A DNA stretch of 64,000 nucleotides, taken from positions 160,001 through 224,000 of the forward strand of contig JAVLKG010000005.1 of the NCBI GenBank assembly GCA_032128875.1. The letters are read 5' to 3'. The notes beneath the pieces were generated by a model, which was not told where the DNA came from, ran no database searches, and was given only the letters and a program-made list of their open reading frames with translations. This DNA comes from Candidatus Melainabacteria bacterium 17Bon1m. GTDB lineage: Bacteria > Cyanobacteriota > Vampirovibrionia > Obscuribacterales > Obscuribacteraceae. The position numbers and the translations under genes were made by a program. Each line of letters starts with the position of its first letter. The first letter of the stretch is position 1. Shown here piece after piece: positions 47,690 to 57,990 of the stretch.

Positions 47690-49942
47690 CTACTTAGAAT
47701 AGAGCTGCTGGTAGGTCCAATAACTGCCGAAGACTTTGCGCACATAGTCGCGGGTTTCACGGAAGGGGATGTTCTCGACAAAGAGATCGAAATCCCCTGA
47801 TGTATGGCGACGCATCCAACTGCCTACTGCGCCGGGACCACCGTTATAGCTCGCTACGCCCAGCATAGCGTTGCCGCCGAAGCGTTGGATTGCATACGAC
47901 AGGTAATATGTACCGAGCTTGATATTCACCTCCGGACGGGTGATATCGCTCTCTCCCGAGAGAGTAATGCCGACTTTTTTGGCCGAACCGTATGCGGTGC
48001 CGACCAAGAGCTGCATTAAGCCTAATGCATGCGATCTTGATACTGCAGAAGGCTTGTATCTGGACTCTTCTCGAATTAAGGCGTGAACAAGTAGCGGGTC
48101 AACTCCTCGCATGGAAGCATTTTCGGACACGTAAGTCCCGAATTCCAGCGGATACGATTCCTGCCAGAGATCATTCTTGATCGGCTTGCCATCAGCTATT
48201 TTGCTTGCAGCTCCAATAGCTTCCATGTTCATTCCCAGTTTAGCTAGCAGTGCTGACTTGAGAGTTCTAGGCGCCGACGACGGTAGAAGCTCGACACATT
48301 CGTCCCACTGGTTGAGGCGAAACAGCGACATGAACGTCGGATCGAAAGGAGCATCAGCTCCTGCTTTTGCGGTCGGTAGTTCAGGCTCAGGCCAGCGCCA
48401 ATTCGGTTGAGGATGTTTTCGCCCTGTCTTCGTTGACCAGCCTGCATCGCCGCCTCCGGGCTTCAATGCTGCCAGTCGGTGCCGTGCGCGATAGCCGTAG
48501 TAGTTGCTGGGAAAGCGTTCGTAAGCGGCTGTGTAAGCGTTGATCGCCATGCCTTTCTGACCCATGCGTTCTTGCAGTTTGCCGATCCAGAAAAGTAATC
48601 TTGCGGCCTGTCTGGTTTCTGGATATTGGTGCGCTGCCTGTGTTCCAATTTGAATTGCAGTGGGATAGCGTTTTTTATCGCCTGTCTTCGCCTCGTGCCA
48701 GAAGAGCCACCATGATGATTCTGCTGCAAATTCCGAAGTGGGAAAACGTTTGATAATTTCACGAAAGTAAGGCAGACCCTCATCTCCGTTCGCTCTGATG
48801 CCGATGTTCCACAGAGCTGCGTCCGCATGAACAGGCGCAGCGGCCAGGCAAGCTTTCCATAAATCCAGCGCTTGCGCTTTTGTTAGGGGATTGCTTAAAA
48901 GCGTACCGGCGGCGGAGTACGAACGGCTTTGCGGATCATTCTTTATGGCTTGCAGGAGTGTTGCACGCGCTTCTTCATGTTTGTTCAAGCGACTGAGGGC
49001 AATTGAGCGGAGGAATAAATTCTTGCCAGGATCGGCTCTATCCCAGGCTTTGAGAGCGGCACTCGAATTGCCGAAGTTGTAATAAGCTCTGCCGAGAACA
49101 TCGTAGTCGGCTGGGGTGAGTTGTATTGTTCCTTGCGCTGCCATGGCTTCTAAACGTCCAGCAATTTCTGGTGCGAAACGGCCGTCATGAGCATTTTTCA
49201 AATAATCTTTGAATAGGCCAATGGCTTGTTCTGCTGCTTCCGGTGTGGGGGCTGGTGTTGTTTTGAGCAACAGATCGCCGATGTAATAGGAAGAACCGTA
49301 TGAATACTTGCTTGTGGGGGCTTCCTGTTTTACGGTCTGAAAAAGCTGCATCGCGGCATCGTATTCGCCTGCTTTGAGAACGGTCTGTCCAAGCGTGTAG
49401 TCTGCATATGCTTTTTCTTCCGCAGACTTGGAAGTAGATTTGAGAACTCTCAAGCATTCTCGAATTTGAGCGTCGTCACCGGCCTTTGTTGCGATGTCCA
49501 AAAGATGCTTGCTGGAGCGTTGGCTGAGAGGCGCATATTTCGCGGAGTTCTTGAACAGTCCGACCATGGTCGTGTAGGTTTCGTCAGTCTGCCCGCCCGT
49601 GGGGGCTGGGCTCCAGTCTTTTTTTAGCAGTTTGGCGAGAACGTAGCTCGCTTCCTGCTTTGTTGTTTGGCTGACTCCGCCATGATTGAGTAATTCATTG
49701 ATTTTCTCGATCGTTGATTGACGTGGCTCGCTGTCTAGCTTTTCTACAATCTGATCGAGCGATGGTGCACCCGATATTGCGGCTATCGCACTGTACCAGC
49801 CGTTTTTGCCATCTCCAGCCCCACCACCTAAAGCACAGCCGGATGCCAGGCAAGCCAGCACAACAAGAGAAAGCGCGCTGCCTTTGCGCACTGAAACTTT
49901 TCCCACTTTGAAGCTTTGAGATTGCTTGCGTGAATTTCGCAT
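47690..49942 (-). CDS. slt: Soluble lytic transglycosylase (Slt70-like) lipoprotein with TPR repeats
   Basis: Lipobox-like LASGC; TPRs; IREESRY..A.S..ALGLMQL, ASYNGGPG, ENIPFRETRDYV. Start trimmed to avoid overlap with 50050. Confidence 0.9.
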   Translation of the reverse strand: MRNSRKQSQSFKVGKVSVRKGSALSLVVLACLASGCALGGGAGDGKNGWYSAIAAISGAPSLDQIVEKLDSEPRQSTIEKINELLNHGGVSQTTKQEASYVLAKLLKKDWSPAPTGGQTDETYTTMVGLFKNSAKYAPLSQRSSKHLLDIATKAGDDAQIRECLRVLKSTSKSAEEKAYADYTLGQTVLKAGEYDAAMQLFQTVKQEAPTSKYSYGSSYYIGDLLLKTTPAPTPEAAEQAIGLFKDYLKNAHDGRFAPEIAGRLEAMAAQGTIQLTPADYDVLGRAYYNFGNSSAALKAWDRADPGKNLFLRSIALSRLNKHEEARATLLQAIKNDPQSRSYSAAGTLLSNPLTKAQALDLWKACLAAAPVHADAALWNIGIRANGDEGLPYFREIIKRFPTSEFAAESSWWLFWHEAKTGDKKRYPTAIQIGTQAAHQYPETRQAARLLFWIGKLQERMGQKGMAINAYTAAYERFPSNYYGYRARHRLAALKPGGGDAGWSTKTGRKHPQPNWRWPEPELPTAKAGADAPFDPTFMSLFRLNQWDECVELLPSSAPRTLKSALLAKLGMNMEAIGAASKIADGKPIKNDLWQESYPLEFGTYVSENASMRGVDPLLVHALIREESRYKPSAVSRSHALGLMQLLVGTAYGSAKKVGITLSGESDITRPEVNIKLGTYYLSYAIQRFGGNAMLGVASYNGGPGAVGSWMRRHTSGDFDLFVENIPFRETRDYVRKVFGSYWTYQQLYSK

Positions 49943-50049
49943 GCTTGCCTCGCTTGTCAATTCTTCTTTTGCCTGTTTCTTCAAAGCAGAAGTCTTGGTT
50001 GAATTTAGAAATGCTAGCATGGCAGTTCTGCACCTTGCTTTGTTGAAAG

Positions 50050-51288
50050 ATGAATCCAGAAGGCGCCACCGCCCAGCCCATCTACATGGATAATGCCGCC
50101 ACCAGCTATCCCAAGCCGGAGGGGGTATATATCGCTGCCGACCAATATTTTCGCAGTGCGGCCAACCCAGGGCGCGGCGCTCACAAAAGGGCACTGGATT
50201 CGGCTCGGCAGATTTTTGAGGTGAGAGAGAAGGTCGCCAAGTTTTTGAAGGTGCGTGATACCGAACGCCTGATCTTTACCCCGGGGTGTACCTATTCGTT
50301 AAATATGGTTTTGCAGGGGCTGGCAAAACCCAATCCGATTACAGGGCAGAGCGCTTTTTTAAAACGCGGGGATGCCGTCCTGGTTTCATCGCTGGAGCAC
50401 AATTCGTTAATGCGCCCGCTTACCAGACTGGCGGCAGAACTTGACCTGCATGTGGTTCGTCTCCCGTATGAGGCGGGAAAAATTTTTTCTGTTGCAGAAC
50501 TGCGGCGATTGTTGAACGAGGTTCGTCCAAGTTTGGTCGCAACGGTACATGCCAGTAATGTCACCGGCGAAGCTATTGATATTGGCGCTGTAGCGGCAAG
50601 CTGCCATGTGGCGCGCACACCGCTTTTAGTTGATGCTGCGCAAACTGCTGGGCTTGAAAAGCAGCACTTGATCCATCCAGGTATCTCCTTCTGGTGCGCC
50701 TCTGCGCATAAGGGACTGTTCGGGCAACCCGGGCTGGGATTATTGCATGTATCCAAAGAATATGATCTGGAGCCGATTATCTCAGGCGGTACTGGATCAG
50801 CTTCAGAAGAATTGACCATGCCGGTTGTCTATCCGGATAGACTGGAGCCAGGTTCTGTTGCTGGTCCTGCTATTGCAGCTCTTGGTGCGGGTGTTGATTT
50901 CATTGAAAGTGTCGGCGCCGATCAGATCCTTCAACACGAAATCAGGCTGAGCGATGCGTTCATTTCATTTTTGAATGCATCTAATAACATTCGCGTCTAT
51001 TCGCCCGGCAGTGTTAACAACAGTAATTCGATAATCCCGCGTGTGGCCAACGTTTCCTTTGCCGTACCAGGGATGACGGCTGACCGTGTCGTCGATGCGT
51101 TGGACAAAGAGTTCAACATTGCGGCGCGTGGAGGTCTGCACTGCGCGGCGGTTGCGCACGAAACACTCGGAACAACCAAAGAAGGTTTAGTGCGTGTGAG
51201 TTTTGGATATTTCAATACAGAGACTCAGGTAAACGAGCTTGCCAGGGCTGTTCACGAGATAAGTCAGCGAGCCGCAGCTACCGCGTGA
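50050..51288 (+). CDS. Cysteine desulfurase family protein (class V aminotransferase)
   Basis: YMDNAATSYPKP, EHNS, HASNVTG, DAAQTAG, SAHKGLFG, GGTGS, RGGLHCA, RVSFGYFNT. Confidence 0.92.
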   Translation: MNPEGATAQPIYMDNAATSYPKPEGVYIAADQYFRSAANPGRGAHKRALDSARQIFEVREKVAKFLKVRDTERLIFTPGCTYSLNMVLQGLAKPNPITGQSAFLKRGDAVLVSSLEHNSLMRPLTRLAAELDLHVVRLPYEAGKIFSVAELRRLLNEVRPSLVATVHASNVTGEAIDIGAVAASCHVARTPLLVDAAQTAGLEKQHLIHPGISFWCASAHKGLFGQPGLGLLHVSKEYDLEPIISGGTGSASEELTMPVVYPDRLEPGSVAGPAIAALGAGVDFIESVGADQILQHEIRLSDAFISFLNASNNIRVYSPGSVNNSNSIIPRVANVSFAVPGMTADRVVDALDKEFNIAARGGLHCAAVAHETLGTTKEGLVRVSFGYFNTETQVNELARAVHEISQRAAATA

Positions 51289-51507
51289 CCTTGTTGAAAC
51301 CGACAAAAATTTTGCGTCGTGCAATTGCAAAGCGGCATGTTTGCTAAGAAGTTCTAACTTAGACGCAAAAGCGGGAACTTGACTGTCCCTACTGCGTCAC
51401 TGGGTTGGTTGTCCCCTACTGGGCGTATAGACACTCTCGAATCGTCATCCTAAGACCTTTTCTTATGATTGACACTTTAGGACTGACATTGCGCCAAGGA
51501 AGTGCGT

Positions 51508-52095
51508 ATGAAACGTAAGACGTTCGAAGGAGTCATCGCTAGCGCATCTTGCCTTCTTTCTTTGATAGCTATTGCACCAGCGTTTTCTCAAACAACTATG
51601 TTGATGGGCTCAGCCACCCATAACACAGCACCTACAAAAGCTTCTGCCAGTACCTCGACTGTACGGCTAACACCCCCTCAGACTCCGCGCTATGACTACC
51701 GCCCCTCGCCACAACCGGCCCCACGGACTGTTTATCAAACGCGAACAGTATATGTAAAAGACAATAGAACTTATTTTCAAAGACATCCTAAGGTAAAAGC
51801 TGCGACTATCGGTGCCGGTGTAGGCGCAGGAGCCGGCGCTTTGACCGGTCTTGTTACCGGGCGCGGTGTTCTGCGTGGTGGCGCCATTGGTGCGGGCACT
51901 GGTGCAGGCGTCGGTTTGGTTCGCTCCAGCACGACTATGAAACGCCATCCTATTATTCGTGATGTTGCCACAGGCACGCTCGTCGGCGGTGGTCTCGGCT
52001 GGGCCGGCTCACGTCGTCGCGGCACCATTGCTAAGACTGCAGGCGTCGGCGCGGCGCTTGGATTGGGCGTTGGATTGTTCAAGCATCTTCAATAA
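51508..52095 (+). CDS. Exported glycine-zipper protein
   Basis: Signal peptide; repeated GAGVGAGAG / GGAIGAGTG zippers; two HP..K/R-led units. Confidence 0.75.
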   Translation: MKRKTFEGVIASASCLLSLIAIAPAFSQTTMLMGSATHNTAPTKASASTSTVRLTPPQTPRYDYRPSPQPAPRTVYQTRTVYVKDNRTYFQRHPKVKAATIGAGVGAGAGALTGLVTGRGVLRGGAIGAGTGAGVGLVRSSTTMKRHPIIRDVATGTLVGGGLGWAGSRRRGTIAKTAGVGAALGLGVGLFKHLQ

Positions 52096-52107
52096 CGGGT
52101 TAATCTC

Positions 52108-53187
52108 ATGTCTATGAAATTTCCTTCGACGTTGGCATTGGTTGTTATCGGTGCCTCTGCAATTGGCTTTGCAGGCTGCGCTCAGCAGAAAGATGCCGTG
52201 TCTCTTCGAAATGAGGCGCAGCTCCTGACTAACAAGGCTGAATTCTCGCGAGCAGAAGAGTTGCTGCGCACACAGCTTGCTCATGACGAAAAAGGTTATG
52301 GGACAGATTCGATAGAAGTCACGCCCAATCTGGATTTGCTTGGAGACCTGTATTTGCGAGAAGGTCGTCTAGGCGAAGCAGAGACAATGTACAAACGAGC
52401 TGTTGCTATTAAAGAGAAGAACCTCAAGCCGCATATGATGGATCTCTCTACCAGTCTGAACGGACTTGGAAGGACGCTTACAGCGCGGGGGCACATGGTT
52501 CAAGCTCAGCCTGTCTTGGAGCAGGCGATTCAATTGCGTGAAGAAAATGACACTACAAATGGTGTCGCGATTGCCGATAGCGAAAATAGTCTGGCATCGT
52601 TTTATGTAGGTTCTGGTCACTATGCCGAGGCCGAAACGTTATACAAGCAATCAATAGCGCATTATGAAAAGTCAGTCGGTAAGGGCAGTATGGAAGCTGC
52701 CAATGTTCGCAACAACCTGGCTAGCCTTTATTACGTTCAACAAAAGTACGATCTGGCTCAACCGATGTTCGAGTGGGTTCTTTCCATTTACGAGAGAAAT
52801 CTGGGCGATTCACATCCGGATGTTGCCAGCGTTTTGAACAATTTAGCCGAATTGCATCGGCATAAAAAGGAGTATGGAGTTGCCGAATCGCAGTACAAAC
52901 AGGCGATTCAGATTTTTGAAAAACGTCCGGGTGCCGATACTAATCCGTCGCTTGCTTGCATCTTGAACAATCAAGCACTTCTATACGCTGCACAAAATCG
53001 CAATCTGGATGCCGAGCCATTGGCGCGGCGTGCTGTAGCAATTTACGAGCGCTCTGCCGGCGCATCGCCGGTTGCGGTCGCCAATGCTCTTCGCACTCAC
53101 GCAACGATTCTTTCTGCATGTGGTCGTGCAGAGGAAGCGAAGCAGGTGCAAGAAAAAGCGTCGAGATTGCTCTCAGCTAGTCGTTAA
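52108..53187 (+). CDS. TPR lipoprotein (kinesin-light-chain-type TPRs)
   Basis: Lipobox FAGC; repeats of SLNNLA.LY..QG.Y..AE..Y..A..I.E. Confidence 0.88.
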   Translation: MSMKFPSTLALVVIGASAIGFAGCAQQKDAVSLRNEAQLLTNKAEFSRAEELLRTQLAHDEKGYGTDSIEVTPNLDLLGDLYLREGRLGEAETMYKRAVAIKEKNLKPHMMDLSTSLNGLGRTLTARGHMVQAQPVLEQAIQLREENDTTNGVAIADSENSLASFYVGSGHYAEAETLYKQSIAHYEKSVGKGSMEAANVRNNLASLYYVQQKYDLAQPMFEWVLSIYERNLGDSHPDVASVLNNLAELHRHKKEYGVAESQYKQAIQIFEKRPGADTNPSLACILNNQALLYAAQNRNLDAEPLARRAVAIYERSAGASPVAVANALRTHATILSACGRAEEAKQVQEKASRLLSASR

Positions 53188-53318
53188 ACCGGTCTATTCT
53201 TCAGAATAGATCCAGCAATCTGCACTCAATCATCGTCTTTCGAGTGCTTCAAAAGTTTCTCCCCACCATCAGCGAGCCGTGCATTCAGTGCACGGCTTGT
53301 TGACTTTAACGGTTAGTT

Positions 53319-54182
53319 TTGAGCATTGGCAGGCATGTATTAATTGTGATCGATTCAAGTCGGTTGGGAAAAAGCGGCGTGTCCTTTCGAAATAGAATTG
53401 GTGCTTCGTATCTTTTCTTTGTTTTTGCGCATTATGCTGTTTCACCGTCATCGGCGGCACCGGCACCAGCACCGTCCCAGGAAAGTAGGACTTCTTCCCC
53501 TGTCAACAAAAGAGTTTCGTCCCGAAACGAAACAGCTTCTCTCAGGCACAAAAACGTTTCCACCAGCGACAAAAAAGTCTCGCCCAGTGGCAAAACCAAG
53601 TGTTGGTTTTTCATGCAGACCAACAAAATCTTCGGAGACTGTGATGTTTACGCCTGTCCTCAAGGTCTGAAGATAACTTTCTCAAACCAAAAATGGGCTA
53701 ACCTGGCTAAACCACCGGATTGGGATTTATATGTTTTCAATCCCAAGGCTAAGGTCTATTGCCGAATGCCGCTCAAAGACTGGCGCGCGCGTAAATTGGG
53801 GATGTCGTTTGTCAGAAATTTGAGGACTGTTGGCAAAGAAGAGACCATTGCAGGCATGAGGACGAAAATCTATGACGCCAAGCCGCTCGACCAAGAAAGG
53901 CGGTCGACCAGAATATTTATGGTGGAAAATCTCGGACTTCCCAGGCAAGTCAGCGTAATACTTTGCGGCAATGACGCTATACCGGAGATGAAGGGCGTTC
54001 CTTTTCGAGTGCAGCACTATGGTGGGGATGCGGCAGGCAAAACCATAGAGACACATGTGGCTAAAGAAGTTTATGTACCGGCCGGTTTTTTCGACGTGCC
54101 AAGCGGTTTTCGCCTGGTGAAGAAACCTGAGGATGTAATCACCGGGGGGATTTCCGACATCATCGAGGAGATGGCGCGGTAG
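53319..54182 (+). CDS. Exported protein, DUF4412-like; paralogue of 18017-18766
   Basis: PPDWDLYVFNPKAKVY, ETIAG, GVPF, FDVPSGFRLV. Start position uncertain. Confidence 0.6.
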   Translation: MSIGRHVLIVIDSSRLGKSGVSFRNRIGASYLFFVFAHYAVSPSSAAPAPAPSQESRTSSPVNKRVSSRNETASLRHKNVSTSDKKVSPSGKTKCWFFMQTNKIFGDCDVYACPQGLKITFSNQKWANLAKPPDWDLYVFNPKAKVYCRMPLKDWRARKLGMSFVRNLRTVGKEETIAGMRTKIYDAKPLDQERRSTRIFMVENLGLPRQVSVILCGNDAIPEMKGVPFRVQHYGGDAAGKTIETHVAKEVYVPAGFFDVPSGFRLVKKPEDVITGGISDIIEEMAR

Positions 54183-54305
54183 GTTTGAGCGCCATTTACG
54201 TCTGATATTCTGCCTTGTTTCCCTGTTCGAAAACAGCTTCTATCGCCGGAAAGTTGGGCTGCCAGGGTATAAAGACCTCGTCTCCGGCGTGCGACTAGAG
54301 TATCT

Positions 54306-55913
54306 ATGAGCGAAAGCGCGCAAGCATCTTCCGACAGCATTTGCCCTCGCTGTGGCCTGAAAATAGGTCAGGTCGGTTCGTTCACATATTGGATTTTCAA
54401 GGATGACCGCTGCCAATGTCCCGGAGCGGTTCCTGGTCCGCCGGGAGCAGCCGCACCGAAACCGGTCGACCCGCCGCCAAAACATGTTTTGAACAACCGT
54501 TATGAACTGGTTGAGTGCGTCGGCAAAGGCGCCATGGGTTTTGTTTACAGAGCCATAGATTTGACCAACGGCGACGTTGTTGCTTTGAAGATAATGCGTC
54601 CGGAATTGGCGCAGAATGAGTTGGCTGTGAAACGGTTGATGCGGGAAGTTGCGGTGGTTTCAACCCTGAGTAACTCGCATCTGGGGCAGGTGCACGGCTA
54701 TGGTCAAGAAAAAGATGGCGCGCCTTATCTCGTCATGGAGTTCGTGGAAGGGCAAAATCTCGCGGAAATCATCCAAGGTGAAGGAAAGCTCAAGATGGCG
54801 CGGGCTCTCGATATTTTTATCCAAATTTGCTCGGGTCTGATGTGCGCGCACACGAATGGCATAATTCATCGCGATCTCAAGCCAAGCAATGTGATCATTC
54901 AATCGAAACAAAGCGGTCAGGATCGCGCAGCAATTGTGGATTTTGGCTTTGCCAGGCTGTTGAGCGATGCGGCCGAGACGGTTCGATTAACACAACAAGG
55001 CGAGGCATTCGGCAGCCCTGCCTACATGAGTCCCGAGCAGTGCCTTGGAGAAGAGCTCGATGTTAGATCGGACATTTATTCTCTAGGGTGTCTGATGTAT
55101 GAAACTCTCACGGGCACGCCACCGCTGGTTGGTGAGAATGTGCTTTCCACTGTTGCAAAACAAGTGCGAGAAACGCCAATTCCCATGAGAAGCCACAATC
55201 CGACACTGCCGGAAGCGATTGATGATCTTGTAATGAAGTGTCTCAGCAAAGAGCCGGTTCTGAGATACCAGAAAGCGAGCGATTTGCGAATTGATCTTGA
55301 AAAGATCAAGAGCGGTGACTATGTGAATGTCACCGCCAAACGCCCGAATGTAGCAGCAAAATCGGAGAAGTCTCAAGAGAGCAAGGCGCTTCGCAGCACT
55401 GAAGACGGCTATCGGAAGTTTGCATCACTGGCGGGAATAGTTTTACTTGCCGCTGTCGTTGTTGGTGGCATTACGGGCGGTGTCGTCTGGTTTGTAATGC
55501 AGAGTTCGGGTTCGCAAAAGACGGCGACTGTCCAAACGGCTCCATCTCTTCAGACGGCTCCGTCTGTTCCGTTCCCACCCACTGGGCAAATCTCACGGTC
55601 TGGGCATGTTCAGCACTCGGTTCAGCCTCCATCATCGAGGCGTTCTGCTACAGGTGAACAAACAGAACCGGTTGGTAAAACCGTATCTTCCGAGCAAACT
55701 ACGACGATGGCACAACACTCAAGAATTGTCCGACCATCGTCCGCTAAGACTTCGGCTAGAAGCAGTGCGGTTGTTGTTTCTCACTCGAAACCCGCTGTTC
55801 ATGCGGCAGCAGGCGTAAGGCATACTGTTGTACCACCGAAAAGAATTCAGCGAAACGAGGCAACCAATTCAGCAGGATGGGCTCAACTTAAGGAACTTCG
55901 GGTGCACAAATGA
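54306..55913 (+). CDS. Hanks-type Ser/Thr kinase with N-terminal Cys motif, TM helix and low-complexity exported tail
   Basis: VGKGAMGFVY, VALK, HRDLKPSN, DFGFA, GSPAYMSPEQ. Confidence 0.93.
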   Translation: MSESAQASSDSICPRCGLKIGQVGSFTYWIFKDDRCQCPGAVPGPPGAAAPKPVDPPPKHVLNNRYELVECVGKGAMGFVYRAIDLTNGDVVALKIMRPELAQNELAVKRLMREVAVVSTLSNSHLGQVHGYGQEKDGAPYLVMEFVEGQNLAEIIQGEGKLKMARALDIFIQICSGLMCAHTNGIIHRDLKPSNVIIQSKQSGQDRAAIVDFGFARLLSDAAETVRLTQQGEAFGSPAYMSPEQCLGEELDVRSDIYSLGCLMYETLTGTPPLVGENVLSTVAKQVRETPIPMRSHNPTLPEAIDDLVMKCLSKEPVLRYQKASDLRIDLEKIKSGDYVNVTAKRPNVAAKSEKSQESKALRSTEDGYRKFASLAGIVLLAAVVVGGITGGVVWFVMQSSGSQKTATVQTAPSLQTAPSVPFPPTGQISRSGHVQHSVQPPSSRRSATGEQTEPVGKTVSSEQTTTMAQHSRIVRPSSAKTSARSSAVVVSHSKPAVHAAAGVRHTVVPPKRIQRNEATNSAGWAQLKELRVHK

Positions 55914-56854
55914 ACCCTAGATTGCGTGATATAAGCTGCTTACTCGTTGGTTGTGTCCTCTTATCGCAAGCCTTTCCCGCCCTTGCTCAAACATCGTCCG
56001 AGATCAATGCATTGTTGCGGAAGTCCAAGTTTGTCGACACTGGGCGTGAAGTGAACACCTCAATTGGCAAAGACGTGACGACAATTTCGACATTCAGCCA
56101 TCCACAGGCAACCGATCAGGATTGCAAGGTCACCGCGCTGTTGATGTTGAAAGAGTTGAGGCAGCATTACAGCAATATCCATCGCATCCGTGTGTTTTTC
56201 TATGACCCGGCAAACATCCGCTCCTATCGAGAAGTTTCTGTCCAGCAGTCTGATGTAGCGCAGGTCGACATGGGCAAGTCGTTGAAATCAGTTTTATCAC
56301 AAGTTGCTGTGCGGCGAGTGAGTGCACCAATGACTGCGGCTGGCGGTTCTTCTTCTTCTTCTTCTTCTTCTTCTTCGTACTCGAGGCAAAGAGGAGCGAG
56401 TCGCACCCAGGAATATACGAATTTTACTTCGCAAGATGGTGATCTCAGCATGCAGTGTCCTGCGGGTTGGACACCGCAGCCGACAAACATTTATTTAGTC
56501 AAGCTCTACACTGCTAGAGGTCCTTCAAGTGCAACTGTTACTTTGCTGCGTCAACACTTTGAGTTTGCCGGCCCATCAATTGAAGACCTCGTAAACAAGC
56601 AAGAAACCGCACTCCTAGCCCGAGGACCCGGTGTGAAAATTAAGGCGAAGAGAAGCGAATCGTGCGGTGGAACACCAGGAATTTACCTGGAGGCTAGTAC
56701 TCACATAGGCAATACCGAAGGTGTGGAAAGAATGCTCATTCTGCGTAATCCGAAAGCCTATTTCTTGCTTTCGATGACTTCGGTAGGAATGGACGAGCGT
56801 GAGATGGGAGCGGTGTTTAGCAAGATGTCGAGTTCTTTAAGAATTCGCGGGTAG
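55910..56854 (+). CDS. Exported two-domain protein with poly-Ser linker and PsbP/DcrB-like C-terminal domain
   Basis: Signal peptide; 4-nt overlap with the kinase stop; LSMQCPAGW..F..M.SSLRI pattern. Confidence 0.6.
   Translation: MNPRLRDISCLLVGCVLLSQAFPALAQTSSEINALLRKSKFVDTGREVNTSIGKDVTTISTFSHPQATDQDCKVTALLMLKELRQHYSNIHRIRVFFYDPANIRSYREVSVQQSDVAQVDMGKSLKSVLSQVAVRRVSAPMTAAGGSSSSSSSSSSYSRQRGASRTQEYTNFTSQDGDLSMQCPAGWTPQPTNIYLVKLYTARGPSSATVTLLRQHFEFAGPSIEDLVNKQETALLARGPGVKIKAKRSESCGGTPGIYLEASTHIGNTEGVERMLILRNPKAYFLLSMTSVGMDEREMGAVFSKMSSSLRIRG
56348..56377 (+). repeat. (TCT)n trinucleotide microsatellite encoding poly-Ser
   Basis: Run of about nine TCT codons. Confidence 0.85.
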
Positions 56855-56859
56855 CAGAA

Positions 56860-57990
56860 ATGAAAAAGGACGACCCTCTTACTAAAGATCGAAAGCCGCA
56901 GACGCTCGAAGAGTTAAAGGCTCAACTGGAGAAGAGTACCGAGCGCTTGCACAATAGCGAATCTCGAATTCGCACTCTGATAGAAACAATTCCAGTCGGT
57001 TTGCTAATCGCTACGCAGGAGGGTGTAGTCGAGTCTGGCAGCCCGGTTTGCCTGAATTTATTTAACTGCACCTATGCTGATTTACATGGTCGCAGCCTTG
57101 GAGAATTGTTTCACTTTGAAGGAAAGATGGACGAGTTTCTATCGACCATTGATTCGAACGAAACCAAGGAATTCATGGCCCGAAGGCGCGACGGAAGCGA
57201 GTTTCCCGCAGCAATTAAAGTCAGCAGTTTTGCTAGTTTTTCCACGCCCGGGTTACTAGTGGTGGTTGAAGATGTTTCAGCAAAACACGAATTGGAAAAG
57301 TTGAAACAAGAATTTCTTTCCATGATGGCGCATGATTTGCGCACACCATTGACCTCTATAAAATGCTTTCTGGAATTGGTTTCTGAGGGTGTATATGACG
57401 GTCGTATAGATGAGTTGAAGCGTCGCTCGTCTGGTATCGGCAACGATACCACTCGTTTGATCAACATGATCAGCAGTTTGCTCAACTTGCACAAACTTGA
57501 AGCGGGGCGATTGCAGCTTAGTGTGGAAGTAGTGCCAGTCAGCGAGATAATATTCAGGTCGATGCAGTCGCTCGCGTCGTGGGCTGAGAGTCGCAATATT
57601 CCACTCGATGTGCCTACGCCAAAGCCAAACTTGCTCGTCAGCGCCGACGGCGATTATACGGTGCAGGTCTTGGTCAACCTATTATCCAATGCAATTAAAT
57701 TCTCGCCCAAAGGTAGCCCGGTTTCCATCGCTCACGAAGCTCATGATGATTTTGTCAAAATCAAAGTTATCGACAAAGGCAGAGGCATCCCTAAAGACGT
57801 TCAAGCGCGCCTGTTCAACCGCTTCGAGCAAGCCAGACTTTCAGATGCCCGAGTGGAAGGCGGTAGCGGACTTGGGTTGGCAATTTCCAAAGCGATTGTC
57901 GAAGAACAAGGCGGTAGCATTGGCGTAAACAGCGAGCCTGGGCAAGGTTGCGAATTCTGGTTCACTATGAAAAGAGAAACCGCTGACTAA
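56860..57990 (+). CDS. Cytoplasmic PAS-domain sensor histidine kinase
   Basis: PAS/PAC (RRRDGSEFP), AHDLRTPL, QVLVNLLSNAIKF, DKGRGI, GSGLGLAI. Confidence 0.93.
   Translation: MKKDDPLTKDRKPQTLEELKAQLEKSTERLHNSESRIRTLIETIPVGLLIATQEGVVESGSPVCLNLFNCTYADLHGRSLGELFHFEGKMDEFLSTIDSNETKEFMARRRDGSEFPAAIKVSSFASFSTPGLLVVVEDVSAKHELEKLKQEFLSMMAHDLRTPLTSIKCFLELVSEGVYDGRIDELKRRSSGIGNDTTRLINMISSLLNLHKLEAGRLQLSVEVVPVSEIIFRSMQSLASWAESRNIPLDVPTPKPNLLVSADGDYTVQVLVNLLSNAIKFSPKGSPVSIAHEAHDDFVKIKVIDKGRGIPKDVQARLFNRFEQARLSDARVEGGSGLGLAISKAIVEEQGGSIGVNSEPGQGCEFWFTMKRETAD

Noticed and set aside
49943-50194. N-terminal extension of the slt ORF in the track
   Set aside because: Overlaps the desulfurase start; the lipoprotein signal fits a start near 49942.
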